Shown here: positions 1 through 10,613 of the stretch, one piece after another
How positions within the stretch are numbered: the stretch's first letter is position 1
Layout of the letters: each line of letters begins with the position of its first letter
Program-made: the position numbers and the translations under genes
The notes under the pieces: model-generated
Told to the model about the DNA's origin: nothing
The model's input: the letters and a program-made list of their open reading frames with translations, nothing else
The model's database searches: none
Source of the DNA: a virus
Taxonomy: Duplodnaviria; Heunggongvirae; Uroviricota; Caudoviricetes
Virus record (IMG/VR): IMGVR_UViG_3300028805_000080
Length of the DNA: 64,000 nucleotides
Direction: 5' to 3' (one strand)

Positions 1-3000
1 AACAATCATTAACCGATATTCTTGAATCATTTAGTTGTATTAGTAAAGATTATAATGAAATTGAAAATAAGATTGAATTAAATAAATATTCACATATATT
101 ATATTCAGATTGTAGTGAAGAAGAAAAAAATAATTTCTTTCAAGATCAATTACAATTATTAGAGTGTCTTGTTACAAATAGTGTATATGATAAGACTGGT
201 ATAGTATTAGATTGGAAAGAGATATATAATTTACTTTATGATGAAGATTATTCAAAAGTAGAGAAAGCTAATCGTAGAGTGGTTTATCCAACAAGTGGAA
301 ATGATCGTCCAATTGGAGATATGGCATTTCAAGTTTGGAATGGCTTACAAATTATTGACCTTGATATTAAAGATGAAGTAATTTCTGATAATCTTAAACC
401 AATATTATTTGATGAGTTAAGCAAATTTCATTGGTTTTTAGGTGTGTGCAAATCAGCTTCTAAAAAATCTTTGCATATATGGACAAAGATAAGGCCAATA
501 TCTGTAGAATTCAAAAATCGTCGTATTGAGTATCTTTGTAATTTTAGACATAAGTATTCATATATTTATATTATATTATCAAAATATATGGATCAATATG
601 GTTATACAAAAGATGATATATTAAAATATGTTGATATGGCAATGTCAAAACCACAACAAGGTATTTTCATATCATCAGATACAGCTATGATGTCTACTAA
701 TTTTAAAGATACTAGATTAGATGTTAATTTCGAAAGTGCATTCAATACCGGAATAGAAAGTATTGATTGGATTAGTCATCCAGAATTAAAACAAATATTC
801 TCAAAGCTTGAATGGTTTATTAATGATAATTTTGATGAAAAACAAAATGTAGAAATTTCAAATATTGAGAATATAAATGATTATGATATTTCTAAATCTA
901 AAGGCAAGAAACATTATAAGCACTTTCAACGTTGGCAATTAGCTAATACATTAGTAAATATATTTGGAGAACAAAAAGCATTTAATATATTAGTTAATTT
1001 ATGTAAAGATACAAATCCTAGAGAGTTAAAAGGAGATGTTAAGACAGCTGCAATACATAATAAGCCAATTAGTATATGGGCTGTTAAAGAATTGAATACA
1101 CAACATGGATTTAATATTAAAATTAAAGATAATAATGTAGATTCTAAAGTTGAAGAGATAAATAATGCTATTAATAATGCCGATGTAAAGTCTGATCCAA
1201 TAAAGATATTGAATGACAATACTAAACAAGTAAATTTATTTATCAAGAAAGATCAATATTTAAGTGATATTAAAGATGATATTATAAAGAATCTTGATCA
1301 AATAACTCTTTTAGAAGCTGGTGCTGGATATGGTAAGACTGAGATGATTAAAGCTTTGAAAGACAAGACTTTATTGATTTTACCATTCACATCAACAATT
1401 AAAGCAAAAGTAGAAGCTAGTGAAGTAACAAAGAATTGGTTATATTTCTATGGTAATAAAAAACCAACACTTCAAGATATATTAGGAGAACAAAATATGT
1501 CAATGACAATAGACAAGTTCTCAAGATTAAATGTATATGAATTAGCTGCAGCAAATTTCAAATATATTGTCATTGATGAGTCACATTTATTATTTACGAG
1601 TTCTTATAGAGATGTAATGGGTCCTTGTATTCAAAGATTAGCTAATTGTAAAGCCAAAGTAATTATGATGACTGGTACTCCTACTGGCGAGATGTTATTC
1701 TTTCCAAATATCAAGCACATCAAAGTAAAGAAGGAAGATATGCGTATAAAAGAATGTATTATCAATCTTGTGCCAACACATACTGAACAATTATTAGATA
1801 TGTGTAATTCAATGGTTGATGATATATTAGAGAATAGAAAGATATTGTTTCCAACTAACAATGGTAATCTTTATTATGAACAAGTAACAGGTATCTTGCA
1901 AAAGATATTAAATGAAAGAAAATCTGCACATCAACTTAAATCATTCTATTATAAGAAATCACAATATGGTGAAGAGTCAATGGATAATATCAATATAAAC
2001 AAGACAATTGGAGATAATGATATTATATTTTGCTCTACATATCTTTCAGTTGGTGTTGATATTTGTGATAGAAAACCATTCTCGGTATATTTTAATGAGA
2101 CATGGATTCCGCAAGATATTGAGCAGTTTGCCAATAGATTACGCAATAATGATTTATATATTAAGATTTATTTACCATTAGCGGATAATAATGGAGTTCC
2201 ATACAATTATTATTATACAAATCCATTAGACCTTAGTTTTAATCAAAAAGACTTGATGTTAGCCAGAGACTTAGTGAAGACTTGTAATGATATGCTTGAA
2301 CGTAATGAAGAAGAATCAAAATATAATCCATTGATTAGTTCTTTATTAAGTACAAACAAATATCTTAAATATGATGAGAATGATTGTAAGTATTATATAG
2401 ATGAGACAACATATAAATTAAAAGTATTTGAAGAACGTTATTCTGAATATTCTAAACAATTAGATGTTATGATGGAAGGAATGCGTTATTATGGATATGA
2501 TGTAAAATGTGTTAAAAGTGATAAAGAAATAGATAGTTTAGTAAAAGATGATATTGAAGAATTCATGAAGTCTTGTCGTAATCTTAAATTTAATGCCGAT
2601 ACGATAAAAGTACAAAAGCTTCTTGATCATATTAGTGATGGAAATATTGATATGTATAGAGAATTGCTTAAAGGTAATTATTCAATATTCAAAGACAAAG
2701 ATGATGAGAATGAGAAAATAAGAAAAGAAAATGATTTATATGTTGAAGATATTGAGATATTAGAGAAACATATACCTATCATATTAAGTCTTTATAAAAA
2801 TTATGATTGTGATACTATAAGAGATATTTATGAATATTGTATTGAAAGAAAGACAAATAGATTGAATTTCTCTAAACTTAAAAGAATCAAGACATTTGTA
2901 CACATCGAAAGTAATAGAAAAAAGAAAAGACTTGATTTTCCTATACTTAAATTTATTAAAGATTCTCAAGAATGGGCAAGAAATAATTCTACAACAACAA

Positions 3001-3581
3001 AACATGAAATAGAGTTATTCTTGGCAGAATGGACATGTAAGTATTGTAATTCAATAAAAGATGTTATAGTTGATGACAAGGATTATGCAGAAACAATATT
3101 TGAGATTATTAAAGAATATTGGAATGTAATAATTATTCAATCAAAACCAAAAAATGGTAATATTGTCATTTCTCCATTTGAGTTAATATGGAAAACAAAA
3201 CAACAACTTAATAATGCTTATGGAGATTGGAATACTCAAACTTTCTTCTTAGAGCAACTTATTAATGAAATGAAAGATGATGATAATGATCAAGTAGAAG
3301 AAGATGAAGTAATACCAGAATTTGAACATACAGAAAAAGTTAAGCTTGAAGATATAATTAATGAGCTTCCAAGTATAATTCACAAAGAGTTTGACTATTT
3401 TGATTATAGTGATAAGGATGAGTCTAATGATAGATTCTTAAGAAAGCAAGAGAATACAAATGCATTAAGAGAGAACATTTTTGTAAACAATAATGATGAA
3501 GAAGAGGTAAAACCAAAGAAAAAGAAAGATATGTCATTAGATATTGAGTTTGAAGAGAATAATGAAGAGTTACCATTTTAA
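1..3581 (+). CDS. Large SF2-type DNA helicase, probably replicative (5'-partial). The reading frame is open from nt 3, so the real start lies upstream of the window; the track's GTG start at 279 is an artefact.
   Basis: Walker A 'EAGAGYGKTEM' and DExH box 'VIDESHLL' are present. A motif III-like 'MMTGTPTGE' is also present. There is no stop codon in frame between nt 3 and 279. Confidence 0.5.
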   Translation, partial: QSLTDILESFSCISKDYNEIENKIELNKYSHILYSDCSEEEKNNFFQDQLQLLECLVTNSVYDKTGIVLDWKEIYNLLYDEDYSKVEKANRRVVYPTSGNDRPIGDMAFQVWNGLQIIDLDIKDEVISDNLKPILFDELSKFHWFLGVCKSASKKSLHIWTKIRPISVEFKNRRIEYLCNFRHKYSYIYIILSKYMDQYGYTKDDILKYVDMAMSKPQQGIFISSDTAMMSTNFKDTRLDVNFESAFNTGIESIDWISHPELKQIFSKLEWFINDNFDEKQNVEISNIENINDYDISKSKGKKHYKHFQRWQLANTLVNIFGEQKAFNILVNLCKDTNPRELKGDVKTAAIHNKPISIWAVKELNTQHGFNIKIKDNNVDSKVEEINNAINNADVKSDPIKILNDNTKQVNLFIKKDQYLSDIKDDIIKNLDQITLLEAGAGYGKTEMIKALKDKTLLILPFTSTIKAKVEASEVTKNWLYFYGNKKPTLQDILGEQNMSMTIDKFSRLNVYELAAANFKYIVIDESHLLFTSSYRDVMGPCIQRLANCKAKVIMMTGTPTGEMLFFPNIKHIKVKKEDMRIKECIINLVPTHTEQLLDMCNSMVDDILENRKILFPTNNGNLYYEQVTGILQKILNERKSAHQLKSFYYKKSQYGEESMDNININKTIGDNDIIFCSTYLSVGVDICDRKPFSVYFNETWIPQDIEQFANRLRNNDLYIKIYLPLADNNGVPYNYYYTNPLDLSFNQKDLMLARDLVKTCNDMLERNEEESKYNPLISSLLSTNKYLKYDENDCKYYIDETTYKLKVFEERYSEYSKQLDVMMEGMRYYGYDVKCVKSDKEIDSLVKDDIEEFMKSCRNLKFNADTIKVQKLLDHISDGNIDMYRELLKGNYSIFKDKDDENEKIRKENDLYVEDIEILEKHIPIILSLYKNYDCDTIRDIYEYCIERKTNRLNFSKLKRIKTFVHIESNRKKKRLDFPILKFIKDSQEWARNNSTTTKHEIELFLAEWTCKYCNSIKDVIVDDKDYAETIFEIIKEYWNVIIIQSKPKNGNIVISPFELIWKTKQQLNNAYGDWNTQTFFLEQLINEMKDDDNDQVEEDEVIPEFEHTEKVKLEDIINELPSIIHKEFDYFDYSDKDESNDRFLRKQENTNALRENIFVNNNDEEEVKPKKKKDMSLDIEFEENNEELPF

Positions 3582-3592
3582 TATTTTATTTT

Positions 3593-4333
3593 ATGCGTCT
3601 AATAATTGATAATACTTCTACAAGTGGAACATTTTTTGATAATATTCATAATACTAATTGGTTAGTAAGTGAATATGATATTGATAACATTGAAGAGATA
3701 AATGATTTTAAAGATAAGATTGGAAAATCTTCTAAAGTATATATTAAAGATGATTTAGTTGATAATAATGGATTCGTATATTATCAAACTAATCAATTAT
3801 ATTCTCTAACTAAATATGATTATATAAATGAAGATACAATAGAAGATTTTAAGACACCTTATTATGATAAACTTTTTGAAACTATTAATGACTCTTTTAT
3901 AATTACAAAAGAACAATATAATAATTGGCTTTATTATCAAGATGAACATAAAGATTGTCGTATAGATAAGAATACAGGTAAACATAAGTTTGGAACAATA
4001 GGTGGAGGATCTTCTCTTGTATTCCAAATAAACTATTGTTCTGAAGAGATGTTTCCTAAATTTGGATTTATTGGAGCTAAATGTAATGCTTGTGATAAGA
4101 TTAGTAAACTTACTGGAAAAAATGATCCAATAGAAAATTTAGATAGTAGATATGAAAAATTCAAGAAATATGGATTCAAATTTAATCTTGTAGAATTCTA
4201 TCGTTTTATTGAAATATATAATGAGTATAAATCTACTATGACAATATCATTTATGGGAACTGGATTAGGAAATTGTATTTCCATTAAAGTAAAAGATTTT
4301 GTATTTGAAATAACAGATAACTCACATTGGTAA
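3593..4333 (+). CDS. Hypothetical protein (246 aa) with a CxxC pair 'KCNACDK'.
   Basis: Long ORF whose codon usage matches its neighbours; no recognisable domain. Confidence 0.4.
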   Translation: MRLIIDNTSTSGTFFDNIHNTNWLVSEYDIDNIEEINDFKDKIGKSSKVYIKDDLVDNNGFVYYQTNQLYSLTKYDYINEDTIEDFKTPYYDKLFETINDSFIITKEQYNNWLYYQDEHKDCRIDKNTGKHKFGTIGGGSSLVFQINYCSEEMFPKFGFIGAKCNACDKISKLTGKNDPIENLDSRYEKFKKYGFKFNLVEFYRFIEIYNEYKSTMTISFMGTGLGNCISIKVKDFVFEITDNSHW

Positions 4334-4334
4334 T

Positions 4335-4613
4335 ATGAATAAAATTAAGAATATATTAGAAAGAAGGTCTGCTAAATGGCCAGAATATTATGATGAATGT
4401 GATGCCAAAGAGTATCATGAATGGTTTATAAAAGGTACTAATATCAAGTTAGGATTTGATTATATTGATGGCGAAACTAATGAACATTGTTGGTATTGTA
4501 TAATTTGTGATGGATATGATATGATGGATCCTTATGATAGTGAAAAAGATTTACTTGAGCATTTTGAATGGATGTTAATGAATAAGGATTTGATTTGGAG
4601 ATATTATGAATAG
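4335..4613 (+). CDS. Hypothetical small Cys/His-rich protein.
   Basis: Tightly packed 2 nt after the upstream gene. Confidence 0.35.
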   Translation: MNKIKNILERRSAKWPEYYDECDAKEYHEWFIKGTNIKLGFDYIDGETNEHCWYCIICDGYDMMDPYDSEKDLLEHFEWMLMNKDLIWRYYE

Positions 4614-4725
4614 AAATTTTCCTTATAATGATGAATATAAAATGGCTTATGAATTTGTTAGAATATATTTAAAAGCTAATACAAAAGAAGAACAAATAAA
4701 AATGGTTCATAAAATTTACAAATAA
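4606..4725 (+). CDS. Possible 39-aa small protein 'MNRNFPYNDEYKMAYEFVRIYLKANTKEEQIKMVHKIYK', missed by the 60-aa ORF cutoff.
   Basis: Its ATG overlaps the upstream TAG stop. It fills the gap to 4732 exactly. Confidence 0.25.
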   Translation: MNRNFPYNDEYKMAYEFVRIYLKANTKEEQIKMVHKIYK

Positions 4726-4731
4726 TTAATT

Positions 4732-6075
4732 ATGATTGAAAATATTAAAGGATATTCATATAATGACTTGACAATTGTACCTAGTGTGATTTCAAAGATT
4801 TCTTCTCGTTCTCAATGCTGTTGTTGGGAAAGTGAAGATTTTTTACCTATTTGGACAGCTCCAATGGCAAGTGTAGTATCTCCAAAAAATAGAGAAGAAT
4901 TTGAAAATCATGGTATACATGCAATTATTCCAAGAAATATACCTTTGGAAGATAGAATCAAAGAAATGAATGATCATAATTGGGTAGCTTTGTCTTTAAG
5001 AGAGTTTGAAGATTTATTTATTACAAATTATAAAGATAGAACTTCTTATTGGTATGGTATTTGTGTAGATATTGCAAATGGACATATGTTATCTCTTTAT
5101 GAAAAAATTGAAAAAGCTAAACAATTGATAAAAGAGAATAATTCTTATCTTTCTATAATGACTGGTAATATTGCTAATCCAAAAACTTATGAATATATTG
5201 TAAAAAATTTTAATATATATAATCAAAAGACTGGAAAATATGATTGCTTAATTGATTATATTAGAGTTGGTATAGGTGGTGGATCTGGCTGCATAACTAC
5301 TAGTAATGTTTCTATTCATTATCCACAAGCTTCTCTTATAAATGAAACTTATAAAGTTAAAAAGAAACTTAAAAGTGAAACTGAAAGAGAAAATGCTTAT
5401 GAAAGCAGAGGAGTTTGGGGTAATCTTCCAAAAATCATTGCTGATGGTGGTATTCGTAATTATGATCATGTAATTAAAGCATTAGCATTAGGAGCTGATG
5501 GAGTAATGATTGGTAGTATTTTCTCTCAATGTATTGAATCTTCTGGAGATAAAACAACTAAAAATATCAATCAAAAACTTAATCTTAGATTTCATATAGA
5601 AAGATATAGAGATTTCTATAAAGATGATAAAGGAAATTGGTGTGGATATTATACCAATGAATTTATAGAAGAGAATAGTAAAGTTTGGAAGAAATCATTT
5701 AATGATATAAAAACTAAAGTTATTGCTGGTTTATTGTCAAAAGATGATGCAGAATATAAATTAGCTGCTTTACAATATAAAGATAAGATTAATAGTCTTA
5801 AAGAAGCTAAGTTTATTGGTAATATTGATGTAAAATTCTTTGGAATGGCTTCTGCTGATGGGCAAAAATCTATTGATGGAGAAAAGAAAAAGACAGCAGA
5901 AGGAATTACTAAATGGTTACCAGTTAAATATACTATAGAAGGTTGGGTAAAGAATATGGAAAGCTATTTACAATCAGCTATGTCATATTGTGATTGTAAT
6001 AAATTGTCAGATTTTATTGGAAAACCAACTCTTATTGTCAATTCAATTTCGGAGATTCAAGCAGTAAATAAATAA
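4732..6075 (+). CDS. IMP dehydrogenase / GMP reductase family (TIM-barrel) protein.
   Basis: N-terminal 'YNDLTIVPSVIS', then 'PIWTAPMASVVS'. Active-site loop 'GIGGGSGCITT' with the catalytic Cys. 'IADGGIRNYDHVIKALALGADGVMIGS' is present. No CBS pair is evident. Confidence 0.6.
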   Translation: MIENIKGYSYNDLTIVPSVISKISSRSQCCCWESEDFLPIWTAPMASVVSPKNREEFENHGIHAIIPRNIPLEDRIKEMNDHNWVALSLREFEDLFITNYKDRTSYWYGICVDIANGHMLSLYEKIEKAKQLIKENNSYLSIMTGNIANPKTYEYIVKNFNIYNQKTGKYDCLIDYIRVGIGGGSGCITTSNVSIHYPQASLINETYKVKKKLKSETERENAYESRGVWGNLPKIIADGGIRNYDHVIKALALGADGVMIGSIFSQCIESSGDKTTKNINQKLNLRFHIERYRDFYKDDKGNWCGYYTNEFIEENSKVWKKSFNDIKTKVIAGLLSKDDAEYKLAALQYKDKINSLKEAKFIGNIDVKFFGMASADGQKSIDGEKKKTAEGITKWLPVKYTIEGWVKNMESYLQSAMSYCDCNKLSDFIGKPTLIVNSISEIQAVNK

Positions 6076-6077
6076 TT

Positions 6078-6506
6078 ATGGATTTAGAAGTAGTTTTTCC
6101 AAAATATATTGATATGGATGGAAGGTCTATTGTAATACGTAGAGGTAGACCTTATTATAGAGGCGAAGATATTCTTTGTAAATATTATAGGCCTTGTGGA
6201 GAATGGTCATGTATTATAAAATATAGAAAGTACTCTTATTGGTATACATTTGGATTTGATGGACAATTAGATTTTGAGCCTGTAGAGATTAATCTTATAA
6301 CTCCTGAAGAATTTCTTAATGATAATGCATATTGTATAAGTGAAGCAACATCAAGAATGTTCAAAGAAGCTTGGGAAGATATACCAGAAGATATAAGAGA
6401 TCATCAAGATATTTGGGAAGAAATTGATGAAGAAGGAACTTCTCATGGTTGGTGTCATAAAGAATATTATAAAGACTTGAATTATAAATACACAAATATT
6501 TGTTAA
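6078..6506 (+). CDS. Hypothetical protein (142 aa) lying between the IMPDH-like gene and nadE.
   Basis: ORF in the same operon-like run; Cys/His/Trp rich. Confidence 0.35.
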   Translation: MDLEVVFPKYIDMDGRSIVIRRGRPYYRGEDILCKYYRPCGEWSCIIKYRKYSYWYTFGFDGQLDFEPVEINLITPEEFLNDNAYCISEATSRMFKEAWEDIPEDIRDHQDIWEEIDEEGTSHGWCHKEYYKDLNYKYTNIC

Positions 6507-6507
6507 T

Positions 6508-7395
6508 ATGAATTATAAGAAAATTTTTGATACATTAGTTGAACATACAAGAAATTATCTTAATAGTTTTGGATTAAAGACAATGGTATTAGGAATAAGT
6601 GGTGGTATTGACTCAACAATTACTGCTGCTATTTGCTCTGAAGTTGTTAAAAGATATCATGATGATAATTTCAAATTTGTTGGTATAAGTCTTCCATGTA
6701 GTACTAATTCAGAAGAAGAAAATCATGCAGCACGATTGACAATGGATGCATTTTGCCAATATTCTTGGACTTGTAATTTAGAAGAGATATATTTACATAT
6801 GAAAAATGTATGTGAAGAACATATCAATTCTTCTACATTATCATTAGGTAATATAAAAGCTAGGCTTCGTATGATTTATCTTTATAATCTAGCATCAAGA
6901 ATGAATGGGTTAGTTATGGACACTGATAACCTTACTGAGCATTATTTAGGATTTTTTACTATTCATGGTGATGTTGGTGATTATAATCCAATAGGAGGAT
7001 TATGGAAGCATGAAATATATGAATTATGCAAGTTTATCAAAGAACAATATGATAATGATGTAGATCCTAATGGAGAAAACCAGCTTAAAGCTACTGCATT
7101 AGACTATGCTTATAAAATTATGCCTACTGATGGAAATGGAGTATTGCCTGGAGGAGACTTAGCACAAATTGCGCCAGGATATACTTATGAAGATGTTGAT
7201 AAAGTATTAAAATGGTTAGTTGAAGATTTCCATGAAATAAATCCTCCAGTAGAAGCTATCAAAGAATTTTCTAAGTCTACTGGATTTAGTGAAGAAATGA
7301 TTAATGGAATTATAAAAAGACATAGTAATTCTAGTTATAAAAGAGGAAGATTACCAGTTACAATACCACGTTCACATTTGATTTATTTGATATGA
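6508..7395 (+). CDS. nadE: NH3-dependent NAD+ synthetase.
   Basis: PP-loop 'GISGGIDSTITAA' (SGGxDS). Overall NadE-like length and layout. Confidence 0.75.
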   Translation: MNYKKIFDTLVEHTRNYLNSFGLKTMVLGISGGIDSTITAAICSEVVKRYHDDNFKFVGISLPCSTNSEEENHAARLTMDAFCQYSWTCNLEEIYLHMKNVCEEHINSSTLSLGNIKARLRMIYLYNLASRMNGLVMDTDNLTEHYLGFFTIHGDVGDYNPIGGLWKHEIYELCKFIKEQYDNDVDPNGENQLKATALDYAYKIMPTDGNGVLPGGDLAQIAPGYTYEDVDKVLKWLVEDFHEINPPVEAIKEFSKSTGFSEEMINGIIKRHSNSSYKRGRLPVTIPRSHLIYLI

Positions 7396-7988
7396 TAGCA
7401 ATATTTTTAGGAACTTTTAATCCACCACATATAGGACACTTGAATTGTATTCAAAGTGTTCTTGATCATGAAATAAGTAAGCAAATAACAAAAATACATA
7501 TTATTCCTTGCTATCAAAATCCTAATAAAGAAGGAAGTGTAGATTTTGATATCAGATTGAAAATGTGCCAAGAGCTATTCAAAGGATTTTCTGATAAAGT
7601 AGTTGTTGATGCTCTTGATAGAGATCATAAATGGATATTTACTTATGATATGCTTGAGTATTTTATGAGAAATGAAGATAGTTATATAAAAGCAGATTTC
7701 TTATGGATTATTACAAGAGAAACTTATGGAGAATTAAATAATAATAAATGGCATAATTCTGAAGAGATAATATCAAAATATATTACTAAGATGATTATTG
7801 TTGGTCCTAATCTTGAAATGGACATACAACCAGATAATATTTGGTGTAAACAATATGTTCAACTTAGGCCAGGAATAAATGTTCATTCAACAGATATTAG
7901 AAATCTTATTAAAAATAAGAAAACTCCAAATATATATTTGAATAATGATGTAATTAATACTATAAAAGAAAATAAGCTTTATATATAA
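7392..7988 (+). CDS. nadD: Nicotinate/nicotinamide mononucleotide adenylyltransferase (NMNAT/NadD-like).
   Basis: N-terminal (H/T)xGH nucleotidyltransferase motif 'IFLGTFNPPHIGHL'. Its ATG overlaps the nadE TGA (ATGA), which indicates translational coupling. Confidence 0.65.
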   Translation: MIAIFLGTFNPPHIGHLNCIQSVLDHEISKQITKIHIIPCYQNPNKEGSVDFDIRLKMCQELFKGFSDKVVVDALDRDHKWIFTYDMLEYFMRNEDSYIKADFLWIITRETYGELNNNKWHNSEEIISKYITKMIIVGPNLEMDIQPDNIWCKQYVQLRPGINVHSTDIRNLIKNKKTPNIYLNNDVINTIKENKLYI

Positions 7989-8005
7989 TTTAGATAAATT
8001 CTTTA

Positions 8006-8680
8006 ATGAAAACAAAAAAGAAAACATTATTTAATAAAAACCATATATTAATAGAAGAATATAATAATGAGTTTAGAAGTATACCATATGTTTGTCAAAA
8101 AGATGATATGATTGATAATAAATATGCTATATCTTCTAGACTTTATTATCCTTATGATGAAAATAGAAAATATAATGTAAAGACTATTGCAGAAATAAAA
8201 GAGTCTCCATTAGGGTTTTATTATAATCAAACAAAAACTGTCAAAGAATTAAAAGATAAATATCAAGAGAAAATTTTTGATAGACATCCTATATTATATA
8301 GAAATATTTATATATTTGGTCCTAAATATCATTATATAATCAAATATCCATATTTATATAATAATGTCAATATTGGAAAAGAGACTAGGCCTTATGATAT
8401 TGCAGACACTAATGGAATAGAAGATCATTTTATAGTTGACTTAAAGAATGTATTAGATACTATTTTTGAAATTTGCAAAAATGATAATATTTCATTAAAA
8501 GAAACAAATTATAAATATAGTAATCAAAAGTATGAGAAATTTCATATTGGAGAACTTAAAAAAGATGTATATATAGATATTTTTGGATTTGCTAATGGAC
8601 CATTATCACAATCAAATAATGATAAGATATTAAGTCATGGATTTGATTTGAAAGATAGCTTTAGAAAAAGAAAAGAATAA
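8006..8680 (+). CDS. Hypothetical protein (224 aa) downstream of nadD.
   Basis: ORF only. Confidence 0.35.
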   Translation: MKTKKKTLFNKNHILIEEYNNEFRSIPYVCQKDDMIDNKYAISSRLYYPYDENRKYNVKTIAEIKESPLGFYYNQTKTVKELKDKYQEKIFDRHPILYRNIYIFGPKYHYIIKYPYLYNNVNIGKETRPYDIADTNGIEDHFIVDLKNVLDTIFEICKNDNISLKETNYKYSNQKYEKFHIGELKKDVYIDIFGFANGPLSQSNNDKILSHGFDLKDSFRKRKE

Positions 8681-8682
8681 TT

Positions 8683-8892
8683 ATGTATTGGATATTATAT
8701 TTTATAACTTTTATTATTTCATATATCATTTTACGATATTTAGTAATTTCAAAAAAATGTGGATTTATTGATGATCCTCAGTTAGTTACTTTTTTATTAG
8801 CATTATTTTGGCCAGTATTTTTATCTATAATTGGAATATCTGAATGTGGTAATTATATTGATAACTTTATCAAATCAAAATTAAATAATTGA
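8683..8892 (+). CDS. Small membrane protein with two hydrophobic helices.
   Basis: 'ILYFITFIISYIIL...FLLALFWPVFLSIIGI'. Confidence 0.35.
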   Translation: MYWILYFITFIISYIILRYLVISKKCGFIDDPQLVTFLLALFWPVFLSIIGISECGNYIDNFIKSKLNN

Positions 8893-8910
8893 TTTTATCT
8901 ATATAGAATT

Positions 8911-9627
8911 ATGTATATTGCTGGTTATTATAAAGATCTATGGTTTTGGTATAAGAAAGAAAATAAGCCATTTTGTATAATGTTTGCAAAGTGGACTGAT
9001 GAATTATTGTCTTGGTCTATTACATTCTTTGATACTATTGAAGAAGTAAAAGAAGAGACAAAATTACTTGAAGAATTATATCAAAATGTTTCTAGGCCTT
9101 ATAAAGAAGTTATACCAGAAGAGTCATCATATTTTAATAAGAAATATAGAATAGTATTTGATAAAGATAATCAATATTATTGGGGATATATAGTAATTGA
9201 TTTCAATAATGAGAAAATTCAATATTTTAGAGATGGAGTATATATACCAACTACTACATTAAAAAAGAAATATTGGTTTCTTAATCAATGTTATCATTTT
9301 AGTAAAAAAGAAGATCAATTATTAATAAAAGATAAATTATTAAGAACTGAAAAGGATTCTAATATTAATGATTATAAATTTAATGCCGGAGAATATGATG
9401 GATGGCTTCAATTTCGTTGGGGAGATAGAAAAAACGCAATAGGAGTTTATAAACCTGAAGAAGAGAAAAGCAATAATAAACATAATAACTATAAGCCTAA
9501 AGATAAATATTTTAAAAAATATGAAGAAGACATTGAATTGACTGAAGAAGAAAAGATTCAAGAAGAAATGGATAAAGATCTTGATAAAGAAAATTCGAAG
9601 TATTTAATGAATAAGTATGGTTGGTAA
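8911..9627 (+). CDS. Hypothetical protein.
   Basis: ORF only. Confidence 0.35.
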   Translation: MYIAGYYKDLWFWYKKENKPFCIMFAKWTDELLSWSITFFDTIEEVKEETKLLEELYQNVSRPYKEVIPEESSYFNKKYRIVFDKDNQYYWGYIVIDFNNEKIQYFRDGVYIPTTTLKKKYWFLNQCYHFSKKEDQLLIKDKLLRTEKDSNINDYKFNAGEYDGWLQFRWGDRKNAIGVYKPEEEKSNNKHNNYKPKDKYFKKYEEDIELTEEEKIQEEMDKDLDKENSKYLMNKYGW

Positions 9628-10610
9628 AAAAATATATAAATATGAAAGATTATCTAGAATTAAATTATACTCCAAAGTTTATAAATCTTTTAAAAGATAA
9701 GCCAAAATTATCTGCACAAAAGAAACAATTAATCATATATTATTTAAGTAGTTATTTTTTAAAGAAAACAAAAAAAGAATTATTAAATGAATATGATCAT
9801 CATGCATTTAGTTGGAATACAAATAATGAATTAATATTAGAATTACATAATATATTAGGATATTCAGATTTATATGATAAAAAAGAAGATTATACATCAT
9901 GTGATAGTAAAAATATACATGATAACTCTCATTCAGTATTCTTTTTATTATATAATTTTAATACAAAACAAATAGCTATTCAAGGATATTTAAAAAATGA
10001 AAGAAAGAAAATAAATTATTGGGATAATGCAGTAATTGAAGATATTGAAAAATTTACAGAATATGATTTTGATAGAATACTATCATGTGTTCCTGTTGAT
10101 TATCATATTAGAGATGAGCAAATCAAAATAGCATTAGATGATATTTTAGAAACTTTTCCAGTAAATAGATTCTATACTTATAGAAGTAGTTCATATTATG
10201 ATAATGAAACAATAATAGGATATCTCTATAAAAGAGTAAGAAATAAAGATTCTATTACATTATATTTTAATAGATATTCTGTTGCTAATGAAAAATTATC
10301 TGACAAAAAAGATAAATATGAAGTTTATTTCTTAAAAAAAGATAAATTTATTAGTGATCATAAGATTGAATTAAAAGAAGATATTTATGTTAAAGAAAAA
10401 ATATATAAACATAGAGAATCAATAATTAAGAATCTTAAAGATAAAATCAATCAAAATAAGAGTTCAATTAATAAACATGAGTCAATAATTAAGTCTTCTC
10501 AAAATACTATTAAAGATTTAAATAATGATATTTTAAAAATCAATAAAGAAATTGAACAAAAAACTAATGATTTAAATAATACAATTATAGAAGATATTAA
10601 AATTTTATAA
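9621..10610 (+). CDS. Hypothetical protein with a C-terminal coiled coil.
   Basis: K/E/N-rich heptad-like C-terminus. Confidence 0.35.
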   Translation: MVKKYINMKDYLELNYTPKFINLLKDKPKLSAQKKQLIIYYLSSYFLKKTKKELLNEYDHHAFSWNTNNELILELHNILGYSDLYDKKEDYTSCDSKNIHDNSHSVFFLLYNFNTKQIAIQGYLKNERKKINYWDNAVIEDIEKFTEYDFDRILSCVPVDYHIRDEQIKIALDDILETFPVNRFYTYRSSSYYDNETIIGYLYKRVRNKDSITLYFNRYSVANEKLSDKKDKYEVYFLKKDKFISDHKIELKEDIYVKEKIYKHRESIIKNLKDKINQNKSSINKHESIIKSSQNTIKDLNNDILKINKEIEQKTNDLNNTIIEDIKIL

Positions 10611-10613
10611 TAT

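Noticed and set aside
926-1246. Antisense or nested track ORFs. Examples are 926..1246, 1026..1229, 1631..1861, 1949..2146, 2784..3005, 3806..4027, 5248..5469, 9340..9561, 10947..11168, 11375..11593, 13105..13299, 13584..13841, 18806..19060, 20756..20953, 24177..24389, 24196..24384, 24563..24790, 25140..25340, 26599..26832, 30183..30383, 31693..31932, 33522..33938, 34735..34935, 37880..38065, 39749..40051, 41537..41743, 43651..43986, 44512..44784, 44998..45180, 45483..45713, 46167..46520, 46856..47038, 49573..49767, 51963..52752, 55079..55366, 56002..56187 and 60522..60710.
   Set aside because: They lie inside or opposite much longer, well-supported ORFs. They are low-complexity Ile/Phe/Leu/Asn strings typical of shadow ORFs in AT-rich DNA.
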